The translations under genes and the position numbers were made by a program. Under the pieces are notes generated by a model. It had not been told where the DNA came from and did not search any database. It saw nothing but the letters and a program-made list of their open reading frames with translations. This document shows positions 16,864 to 23,724 of a stretch of 64,000 bases of DNA, piece after piece; position 1 is the first letter of the stretch, and each line of letters begins with the position of its first letter. Origin of the DNA: Elusimicrobia bacterium GWB2_63_16 (GTDB lineage Bacteria > Elusimicrobiota > Elusimicrobia > Elusimicrobiales > UBA9959); assembly GCA_001799715.1 (NCBI GenBank), contig MGTZ01000009.1, forward strand, positions 17,082 through 81,081. Reading direction: 5' to 3'.

Positions 16864-16905
16864 GGGGACATAACACCTATTTCACGAAATAGGTGTTATG
16901 TCCCC
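16864..16905 (+). other. Perfect 19-bp stem / 4-nt loop hairpin filling an intra-operon gap
   Basis: GGGGACATAACACCTATTT-CACG-AAATAGGTGTTATGTCCCC starts directly after the CGGC stop codon. No U-tract follows, and the next gene's AAGGAG lies 6 nt downstream. Confidence 0.8.
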
Positions 16906-16920
16906 GATTTAAGGAGAATT

Positions 16921-17472
16921 ATGGCTGATATCAAAGAACTGGAAGCGCAGGTGGCGGCCCTCAAGGCCGACGTGGAGGTCCTCAAGGCCAACGCCCCCGA
17001 GGACAAGCTGAGCATGGTGGTGATGAGCGGCGACATGGACAAGCTCCTGGCCTCTTTCATCATAGCTACCGGTGCGGCCGCGATGTTCGAAAAGGTCGTC
17101 ATGTTCTTCACCTTCTGGTCCATACCGGCCCTCAAGGACCCCAAGAAGACCGTCTCCAAGGATACCGTCTCCAAGATGTTCGAGCTGATGCTCCCCAACG
17201 GCGCAGCCGGGACCAAACTCAGCAAGATGAACATGGGCGGCATGGGCAAGATGATGATAGAGTCCATCATGAAGAAGCACAACGTGATGAGCCTCGAGCA
17301 GCTGATAAAGACCGCCGCCGACTCCGGCGTGCAGATCTACGTCTGCCAGATGAGCATGGACCTGATGGGGTACAAGATGGAAGAGATGATAGACTACCCC
17401 GCCATGAAGAGCGCCGGCGTGGGCAAGTTCCTCGGCGAGGCCGGCACCAGCAAGTCCACGCTGTTCATATAA
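16921..17472 (+). CDS. DsrE/DsrF/DrsH-like family protein (COG2210-type) with N-terminal coiled coil
   Basis: LSMVVMSGDMDKLLASFIIATGAAAMFEKVVMFFTFW and QIYVCQMSMDLMG match the pattern of the DrsE_2-type proteins usually found next to TusA. Confidence 0.65.
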   Translation: MADIKELEAQVAALKADVEVLKANAPEDKLSMVVMSGDMDKLLASFIIATGAAAMFEKVVMFFTFWSIPALKDPKKTVSKDTVSKMFELMLPNGAAGTKLSKMNMGGMGKMMIESIMKKHNVMSLEQLIKTAADSGVQIYVCQMSMDLMGYKMEEMIDYPAMKSAGVGKFLGEAGTSKSTLFI

Positions 17473-17496
17473 TTTCGGAAAATTAACGGAGGTTAA

Positions 17497-18693
17497 ATGA
17501 AAAAAGTAAAACTGTTAGCTGCGGTTTTCTCTCTGGCCGTTCTGGCCTCTAACGTTCACGCCACCAACGGCGACAACCTCATCGGCGTGGGGCCCACCTC
17601 GCGCGCGATGGGCGGTACGGGCATAGCCGCCCCGCAGGACGCCATCAGCGCCATCTTCTCCAATCCGGCCGCGCTCTCGCAGCTGCAGGGCTCGCAGTTC
17701 AACTTCGCCGGCACCTACTTCTCTCCCGAGGTTAAAGCCACGGTCGTCTCTCCGGCGCCGGCTTTCGGCGTGGGCAACTGGAGCGGCAAGAGCCAGGACG
17801 CGGCTTACGCCGTGCCGGCCATCGGCCTCTCCACCCCGGTCAATGACAAGATGACCTTCGGTATAGCCGCCTACGGCGTGTCCGGCATGGGCGTGGACTA
17901 CCGCAATAAGGACGTGAACGGCTCCATGAACACCAAGGTGTCCGTGATGAAGTTCGTGCCGGCCCTGTCCTACAAATACGGCGCTTTCTCCTACGGCGCC
18001 GGCCTCGACATAGACTACCAGGCCGCCGACTTCGGCAAGGGTCTGTCGCATAACTACGCTCTCGGCCTGCGCCTCGGCGCCGGCTACGAGTACGGCAAGT
18101 GGAACTTCGGCCTTACCTACGTCACCCCGCAGAACGTCGAGCATGAGCGCGTCTACGACTTCGACATGGACAGCGACTTTGACGACCTGAAGCTGGAGAA
18201 CCCCGCCCAGTACGGCGTGGGCGCCTCCTATAAGGGCCTTGACAGGTGGGTGCTTTCCGCCGACGTGAAGTACGTGGACTGGGCCAACGCCGACGGTTAC
18301 AAGGACTTCGACTGGGAGAGCCAGACCGTATTCGGCCTGGGCGTACAGAACAAGACCACCGACAAGCTGACGTTGCGCGCCGGCTGGAACTACGGCAAGA
18401 ACCCGCTGAAAAAGCACGATTCTTTCAACGCCGCCGGCAACACCGTGGTGCAGGGATCCACGATGAACAACTTCAACTACGAGTACTTCCGCGTCATCGG
18501 TTTCCCCGGCATCGTGGAGCACCACATGACGCTGGGCGCGGGTTACGAGTTCTCGCCCAAGTTCGCCCTGAATGTGGGTTACAAAAAGGCTTTTGCCAAG
18601 AGCATCCGCGAAGTTAGCAGCAACGGGATGTATGACATAAAGTCCGAGCTCTCCGAGGACGCCTACGACATCGGCCTCACCTTCAAGTTCTAA
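17497..18693 (+). CDS. Outer-membrane channel of the FadL/TodX (OmpP1) family
   Basis: Signal peptide, then the family N-terminus NGDNLIGVGPTSRAMGGTGIAAPQDAISAIFSNPAAL. Alternating beta-strand pattern with C-terminal ...YDIGLTFKF. Confidence 0.8.
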   Translation: MKKVKLLAAVFSLAVLASNVHATNGDNLIGVGPTSRAMGGTGIAAPQDAISAIFSNPAALSQLQGSQFNFAGTYFSPEVKATVVSPAPAFGVGNWSGKSQDAAYAVPAIGLSTPVNDKMTFGIAAYGVSGMGVDYRNKDVNGSMNTKVSVMKFVPALSYKYGAFSYGAGLDIDYQAADFGKGLSHNYALGLRLGAGYEYGKWNFGLTYVTPQNVEHERVYDFDMDSDFDDLKLENPAQYGVGASYKGLDRWVLSADVKYVDWANADGYKDFDWESQTVFGLGVQNKTTDKLTLRAGWNYGKNPLKKHDSFNAAGNTVVQGSTMNNFNYEYFRVIGFPGIVEHHMTLGAGYEFSPKFALNVGYKKAFAKSIREVSSNGMYDIKSELSEDAYDIGLTFKF

Positions 18694-18710
18694 CAAGAGC
18701 CTGAACAAAG

Positions 18711-18738
18711 AAAGGGCCCCGCGATCGCGGGGCCCTTT
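18711..18738. terminator. Bidirectional GC-rich terminator hairpin between convergent genes
   Basis: Perfect 28-nt palindrome AAAGGGCCCCGCGATCGCGGGGCCCTTT. Confidence 0.7.
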
Positions 18739-18757
18739 CGCTTTATGCGGCCGGCCG

Positions 18758-19108
18758 CTACCCTATCGCTTCGCGGATCTTGGACAGGAGTTCGTGCAGC
18801 AGGAACGGCTTTTCGAAGCAGGCCGCCAGGCCGTAGCGCAGGGCCAGGGCTTCCAGCTCGTCCCGCTGCACTGATCCGGTGATCAGTATGGTCTTTATGC
18901 CGCGCGCTGCCTCCATTACCGCCGCGCCGGTGCCGTCCCCCAGTTGAAAATCGGTGATCACGAGGTCGTAAGAGCCGCTCGCGAGCAGGGCGCAACCATC
19001 CGCCGCGCCTTCGGCTAGGGTGAGGTGGTAGCCCTCTCCGCCCAGCACCTTGGCGTAGAGTCGCCGCACCTGACTGTCGTCCTCGACTACGAGTATGGTT
19101 TTGCCCAT
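18758..19108 (-). CDS. Stand-alone response-regulator receiver domain (CheY-like)
   Basis: ILVVEDD..., phospho-acceptor context DLVITDFQLGDG and KPF near the C-terminus, 116 aa. Confidence 0.8.
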   Translation of the reverse strand: MGKTILVVEDDSQVRRLYAKVLGGEGYHLTLAEGAADGCALLASGSYDLVITDFQLGDGTGAAVMEAARGIKTILITGSVQRDELEALALRYGLAACFEKPFLLHELLSKIREAIG

Positions 19109-19234
19109 ATGTCCTCCCGCTGTAGGTGCAGACGCGCGGCCTGTCGGAAAGGTTTAGCCGCTTTCTTAATATAATGACCTCTGGGACTAAACCATACGAG
19201 ACCGACAGGCGTCAGTATTGATGTGGAAAACTTA

Positions 19235-19810
19235 ATGGAGAACGTTAAAAAGACCGGGCCGGAAGGCCTTGCCGGGACGGACCCGGAAAGCGCCTTTGCC
19301 CTGCTCATAGAAGAGCAGCAGCGGCTGGTCTACTCCGTGGCCCTCCGGCTTACCGGCAATACGGCGGCGGCCGAGGACATTACCCAGGAGACTTTCATAG
19401 CCGCCTGGCGGCACATTAAGGATTTCCGCGGCGAAAGTTCTTTGAAGACCTGGCTGATGCGGATAGCGGCCAACAAGACCCGCTCCTACTGGCGCTGGAA
19501 GCGGCTGCGCTCCTGGGTGGGGCTCTCGGACAAGGGCGAGGATGGTGAGGGGGCGGCCCTCGAGGACCTGCTGCCGGACGATCCCGCCGGCCGCCCGGAG
19601 CAGGCGGCGCTGGCGGCCGAACTGGAGCGCCGGGTGCAGTCCGCCATAAACGCTCTGCCTCCCCGCCAGCGTGAAGTGGCCGTGCTGAGGGCGCAGGGGC
19701 TGGGCCTGGCGGAGATAGGCGCCGCGCTGGGCATGGCTGAGGGCACAGTGAAAGCCCACTGGTTCGAGGCCAGGAAGAAGCTGGGGGCCTCGCTGGGGGA
19801 ATATTTATGA
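19235..19810 (+). CDS. ECF-type RNA polymerase sigma factor (sigma-70 family, group 4)
   Basis: Region 2 (LVYSVALRLTGNTAAAEDITQETFIAAW...) and region 4 (LPPRQREVAVLRAQGLGLAEIGAALGMAEGTVKAH). ATG at 19235, with an upstream in-frame GTG at 19223. Confidence 0.85.
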   Translation: MENVKKTGPEGLAGTDPESAFALLIEEQQRLVYSVALRLTGNTAAAEDITQETFIAAWRHIKDFRGESSLKTWLMRIAANKTRSYWRWKRLRSWVGLSDKGEDGEGAALEDLLPDDPAGRPEQAALAAELERRVQSAINALPPRQREVAVLRAQGLGLAEIGAALGMAEGTVKAHWFEARKKLGASLGEYL

Positions 19811-20106
19811 ACGAAGAGAAAGAGAGCAAGCTTGTTTCGCTGCTGGCGGCGCGCCGCAGCGAAGCCTTCTGGCGCCGCCAGAAGGCGGGCATTCTGCGGG
19901 CCGCCGTAGAAGAGCGCGGACCGCGCCGGGCCTGGCTGCTGGCCCCGGCCGCGGCGCTGGCCGCCCTGCTGGTGCTGGTACTGGTCCGCAATCCCAGCCA
20001 GCCCGTCCTGGACGAGCCGCAGGCCGTTAGCGCGGCTTTCATCGAGCACCTGGACCTGCTGGACGACATGGACGTGCTGGAAGCCGTACCGGAGGAAGAA
20101 TTATGA
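19807..20106 (+). CDS. Putative anti-sigma factor (single-pass membrane protein)
   Basis: ATGA overlap with the sigma gene, a central TM helix (AWLLAPAAALAALLVLVLV) and an acidic C-terminus. Confidence 0.55.
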   Translation: MNEEKESKLVSLLAARRSEAFWRRQKAGILRAAVEERGPRRAWLLAPAAALAALLVLVLVRNPSQPVLDEPQAVSAAFIEHLDLLDDMDVLEAVPEEEL

Positions 20107-20384
20107 AAAAGCGGTTTTTAAGTTTCTGGCTGGGCCTGGCGCTCACGGCCGCGGCTATGGCCGCGGCGGTAAGCGCGCCGGCCGAAGTCCTGGATAACCT
20201 GGATTTCTTCAGCGATTTTGACCTGTTGTACAACCTGGAACTGATAGAAAGCACGGAACTGGAGAGCGGCACGGTGGCCGTTTCCACGGCGCCGGCCGTC
20301 TCAACGGCCGCGGCCGTTGTCCTGTTCTCCACCGGAACCGTAACGGCGTCCACCGCCGCCTGGGGGTCTTATGAAAAGCGTTAA
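20103..20384 (+). CDS. Small exported protein
   Basis: Signal peptide MKKRFLSFWLGLALTAAAMAAA. ATGA overlap with the upstream gene. Confidence 0.5.
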   Translation: MKKRFLSFWLGLALTAAAMAAAVSAPAEVLDNLDFFSDFDLLYNLELIESTELESGTVAVSTAPAVSTAAAVVLFSTGTVTASTAAWGSYEKR

Positions 20385-20793
20385 TTTGCTGCTGCTGGGA
20401 CTGATCCTGGTTACGGCGCCGGCCGCAATGGGAGAGGATGCGCGGCAGGCCGACAAGCGGGCCGCCTGGGAAAAGCTGCCCGAGGCCGAAAAAAAGCGCG
20501 TACTGGCCAACTACGAGAAGTGGAAGGGCATGGAAGAGGGTAAGAAAGAAGAAATAAAGGAAAAGTTCGCCCGCTTCCGCGCCATGCCCAAGGAGAAGCA
20601 GGCCGAACTCAGGGCCCGCTGGGCCCGCTTCCAGGCTATGCCGCAGGCGGATCAGAAAAAACTGATGAACAAATTCGGCAAATGGAAAAAACTGTCAAAG
20701 GAACGCCGCGAGGAACTGCGCAAGGAATACCGGCGTGATAAATCAATAGAGCGACGCAACGGGCACGGCGGCGCAGGCCGGAATCGCCGTTGA
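20371..20793 (+). CDS. Exported Lys/Glu-rich protein with repeated W/F-x-x-M/L-P-x-x-x-K motifs (DUF3106-like)
   Basis: Signal peptide, then the repeats AWEKLPEAEKKR / FRAMPKEKQAELRARWARFQAMPQADQKK. The family call is tentative. Confidence 0.55.
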   Translation: MKSVNLLLLGLILVTAPAAMGEDARQADKRAAWEKLPEAEKKRVLANYEKWKGMEEGKKEEIKEKFARFRAMPKEKQAELRARWARFQAMPQADQKKLMNKFGKWKKLSKERREELRKEYRRDKSIERRNGHGGAGRNRR

Positions 20794-20867
20794 CCGGGCT
20801 AAACCCTTTTCCGGCCAGCGGAGTCAGTACATAAGAGGCGGAGCGCCGCCCCTGACAAGGAGGAGTT

Positions 20868-21431
20868 ATGAAAACCAAAATAATGATAGTAGCCGCCCTC
20901 GGTCTGGTTTCCGTTTTTTTGTCGACGGCCGCCGTAAAAGCCGAGGACGCGGTCAAGGAGCAGGATAAACTGCAGACGCAGGACAAACTGCAGATCCGGG
21001 ACCGGGAGAAGGTCCAGGACAAACTGCAGACCGGGGAGAAGCTGCAGATAAAAGAGCAGCTCCGCCTCAAGGACGGCGAAGGCGCCGGCGAAGAGAAGAA
21101 GACCGGCCTGGACCGGGCCGACGAGGCTGCCGGAGACCATGGCCTCCAGGGCCGCGAGAAGGCCCGCGAGATGCAGGGCGCGGACAAAGCCAAGGGCGAC
21201 ACCGTCAGGGAGATGGCGGAGAACGCCGGCGAAGAGAAGGCCCTGAAGAACCAGGAGAAAGCCGGCGCGAACGGCGAGAAGGCGCTGAAAAAGCAGGAGC
21301 GCAAGCAGGAGAAGAAAGAGGTTAAGGAGCAGCGCAAGGAGCAACGGGAGGACCGCAAAGAAATGAGGTCCGAGAAGCGCCAGAGCCGCGGCGGCAACGG
21401 CGGCAATGGCGGCGGCAAGCGCGGCCGTTAA
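20868..21431 (+). CDS. Exported low-complexity Lys/Glu/Gln-rich protein with QDKLQ repeats
   Basis: Signal peptide MKTKIMIVAALGLVSVFLSTAAVKA. The 15-mer CAGGA(C/T)AAACTGCAG occurs at 20961, 20979 and 21015. Gly/Asn/Arg tail. Confidence 0.55.
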   Translation: MKTKIMIVAALGLVSVFLSTAAVKAEDAVKEQDKLQTQDKLQIRDREKVQDKLQTGEKLQIKEQLRLKDGEGAGEEKKTGLDRADEAAGDHGLQGREKAREMQGADKAKGDTVREMAENAGEEKALKNQEKAGANGEKALKKQERKQEKKEVKEQRKEQREDRKEMRSEKRQSRGGNGGNGGGKRGR

Positions 21432-21483
21432 CAGCGAGGCAAACCGCCGCCCCGGCCGGGGCGGCGGAAAAACGGGGAACAAT

Positions 21484-22350
21484 ATGAAAAGACTGATTCT
21501 GTCGGCCTTGTTTTTTTTATTCGCCGCCGTCAACGCGGCGGCTTATACCGATACGGGGGCGAAATATACCGCCGGCCCGGACGGTTACGGGGGCGTGAGC
21601 GCCTTCGCCGAATGGGGTGACGACGCGTACTACCTGCGCCCTTCCGTCAATACCTACAAGAGCGACCTGGCCGACAGGTTCTCCACTTATTCTTTCGGCG
21701 CGGGGCTGGATCGCGAAGCCTGGAGCGCGGGAGCCGAGCTCTCCCTTACCCCGGAGACCGGCGGCTACAAAAATACCGCCCTTTACGCCGACTTCAGCTA
21801 TAACCTGCTGCGCTCCCCTTCAGAAGATGCCGCGCTGCAGGCCGTCTCCCTGGGCGTGTTCGCCGGGACGACCAGGCATGAGGATACGTACGCCGCCTCC
21901 ACCGCCACGGTTTCCGTAGGCCGCCGCGGCACCTCTGTCGTCACCCTCACGGACGCTTTTAAGCTCAACCAGACCGACTACGGCGTCACCGCCGCCGTTA
22001 AACTTTACGGCGTGCGCGCTAGCGGCCGTTTCACCAAGACCGCCTACGATAAGGACGTTACCGCCGAGGCCCGCGAGCTGCCGCTGGACATCGGCGGCAT
22101 AGGCACCAGCGGCTTCCCGGACACGGCGGTCTCGGCCCGCCTCGGCGTCCCCGGCCTGCCGCTCTCTCCGACGGCAGGCTACACAAAGACCGCGTATCTG
22201 CTGGACCAGCCGGCCTCGGAAAGTTTCAGCCTGGGCCTGTCCGTCGAAGCCGGCCGGGCGGAGATCTCGGCGGGCTGGGAAAATTTGAATCCGGGCGGCG
22301 GCGCCGCCAGGAGCGACTATTGGTCGCTGGGCCTCACCCTGTCCTTCTAA
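21484..22350 (+). CDS. Putative outer-membrane beta-barrel protein
   Basis: Signal peptide MKRLILSALFFLFAAVNAAA, alternating Tyr/Gly-rich strands and C-terminal ...WSLGLTLSF. The start is trimmed from the track ORF at 21406. Confidence 0.6.
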   Translation: MKRLILSALFFLFAAVNAAAYTDTGAKYTAGPDGYGGVSAFAEWGDDAYYLRPSVNTYKSDLADRFSTYSFGAGLDREAWSAGAELSLTPETGGYKNTALYADFSYNLLRSPSEDAALQAVSLGVFAGTTRHEDTYAASTATVSVGRRGTSVVTLTDAFKLNQTDYGVTAAVKLYGVRASGRFTKTAYDKDVTAEARELPLDIGGIGTSGFPDTAVSARLGVPGLPLSPTAGYTKTAYLLDQPASESFSLGLSVEAGRAEISAGWENLNPGGGAARSDYWSLGLTLSF

Positions 22351-22466
22351 ACGGCCGGAACTGAAACTTTCCGCCCCCCGGCGCATCTAAATTATCCGGG
22401 TAGAAAATCCGGAAAAAATTGGTATATTTCTTTTGGCGCTCCAAACGCCGAAAGGGGGAGACTAAA

Positions 22467-23219
22467 ATGAAAAAACTGATAGTACTGCCGCTGCTCGCGG
22501 CAATGTTCGCCGTTCAGCCGCTGTTCGCCGAGGGTATGCCGCTCATCGGGGACGACGCCCCGGCCTTCAAGGCCGTTACTACGCAGGGGCCGATAGACTT
22601 CCCGGCCGATTACAAAGGGAAGTGGGTGATATTGTTCAGCCATCCGGCTGACTTTACGCCGGTGTGCACCACCGAGTTCATGACCTTCGCCAGGATGATG
22701 CCGGAGTTCAAGGCGCTCAACACCGAGGTGGTGGGGCTGTCCATCGACAGCATCTATAGCCACGTGGCCTGGCTGCGGATGATAAAAGAGAAGATAGAGT
22801 ATAAGGGTATGAAGAACGTGGAAGTCACGTTCCCGCTTATCGAGGACATAAAGATGGAGGTGGCCAAAAAGTACGGCATGGTGCAGCCGAACGCCTCCGG
22901 TACCCAGGCCGTGCGGGCCGTGTTCTTCATCGACCCGGCGGGCAAGATCCGCGCGCTGATATATTACCCGCTCTCGGCGGGCCGCAACTTCGACGAGATC
23001 AAGCGCCTGCTGATAGCCATGCAGACCGCCGACAAGTATAAGGTGGCCACGCCGGCCGACTGGCGCCCCGGCGAAGACGTGATAGTGCCTCCGCCCAACT
23101 CCTGCGGGGTAGCCAAGACGCGCGTAGATACCCAGAAAGAGAGCGGGATGCACTGCTACGACTGGTTCATGTGCTTCAAGCCGATGCCCAAGGACGAGCC
23201 GAAAAAAGACGGGAAATAA
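22467..23219 (+). CDS. Peroxiredoxin (Prx6/archaeal-type, extra C-terminal Cys pair) with an N-terminal signal-peptide extension
   Basis: HPADFTPVCTTE peroxidatic-Cys motif and a C-terminal HCYDWFMCFK pair. GGGGGAG lies before the ATG at 22467. The canonical Prx N-terminus MPLIGDDAPAF starts at internal Met 22536. Confidence 0.85.
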   Translation: MKKLIVLPLLAAMFAVQPLFAEGMPLIGDDAPAFKAVTTQGPIDFPADYKGKWVILFSHPADFTPVCTTEFMTFARMMPEFKALNTEVVGLSIDSIYSHVAWLRMIKEKIEYKGMKNVEVTFPLIEDIKMEVAKKYGMVQPNASGTQAVRAVFFIDPAGKIRALIYYPLSAGRNFDEIKRLLIAMQTADKYKVATPADWRPGEDVIVPPPNSCGVAKTRVDTQKESGMHCYDWFMCFKPMPKDEPKKDGK

Positions 23220-23234
23220 ACAGCCCGGCTGAAA

Positions 23235-23265
23235 AAGAAGGCCCCGGGATCCCCGGGGCCTTCTT
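23235..23265 (+). terminator. Rho-independent terminator after the peroxiredoxin gene
   Basis: 14-bp stem AAGAAGGCCCCGGG / CCCGGGGCCTTCTT with a 3-nt loop, followed by a T-rich tail. Confidence 0.75.
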
Positions 23266-23276
23266 ATATCCTTCTT

Positions 23277-23302
23277 TCATACTATTGTGTAGAATAGTAT
23301 GA
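23277..23302. promoter_or_regulatory. Perfect 10-6-10 palindrome overlapping the start of the NikR-like gene
   Basis: TCATACTATT-GTGTAG-AATAGTATGA. The outer hexamers TCATAC/GTATGA are those of the E. coli NikR operator half-sites, but in the swapped order and with N14 spacing. Confidence 0.65.
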
Positions 23303-23715
23303 ATATGAAGAACAAACCGCTGGACCGCTTCACCGTCTGCCTGGAGAAGGGGCTGTTGGCCCGCCTCGACGGGATCTCCGCGGAGCGCGGCTACCCCAGC
23401 CGCTCACAGGCCATGGCCGATTTCATCCGCCGGGCGATAGTCAAAAAGGACTGGCGCGCCGGCCGCGACTGCGCGGCCACGGTTTCCGTGGTCTACGACC
23501 CCGCCGATCCGCGCCCCGGGCGCGGCCTGGAGAAGCTGCTGCGCGCCAGCGCCAGGTACGTGCTCTCCTCCCAGAACCACCAGTTGCGCGGCGGCCGCAC
23601 CCTCTGCACCGTCACTCTCACCGGCCGCCCCGCCGACCTGCAGCGCCTGGCCGACGCCGTCCGGGCGCTGAAGGGCGTCACGCATGGCGCCTTCTCAATA
23701 GTGGCCCCGGTATAA
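23299..23715 (+). CDS. NikR-family regulator paralog (RHH + ACT-like domain) lacking most Ni-binding ligands
   Basis: RHH N-terminus DRFTVCLEKGLLARLDGISAERGYPSRSQAMADFIRRA. The C-domain aligns to NikR, but the His cluster and HxH are replaced (RASARY, NHQ) and only the Cys (LCTVTL) is kept. Confidence 0.7.
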   Translation: MNMKNKPLDRFTVCLEKGLLARLDGISAERGYPSRSQAMADFIRRAIVKKDWRAGRDCAATVSVVYDPADPRPGRGLEKLLRASARYVLSSQNHQLRGGRTLCTVTLTGRPADLQRLADAVRALKGVTHGAFSIVAPV

Positions 23716-23724
23716 AGTTTAGCC

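Noticed and set aside
16878-16891. The TATTTCACGAAATA centre of the 19-bp hairpin resembles a parS half-site (TTTCACG).
   Set aside because: Only one half-site-like heptamer is present and the palindrome centre differs (CACG loop versus CACGTG). I treat this as coincidence.
19140-19210. 8-bp inverted repeat CCTGTCGG ... CCGACAGG in the divergent region between the receiver-domain and ECF sigma genes.
   Set aside because: The arms are short with a 55-nt spacer, which is within chance expectation for GC-rich DNA. I could not support a matching ECF promoter motif.
22392-23153. 253-aa minus-strand ORF overlapping the peroxiredoxin gene.
   Set aside because: The plus-strand frame carries unmistakable peroxiredoxin motifs. 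The minus-strand frame has no recognisable features and is a shadow ORF.
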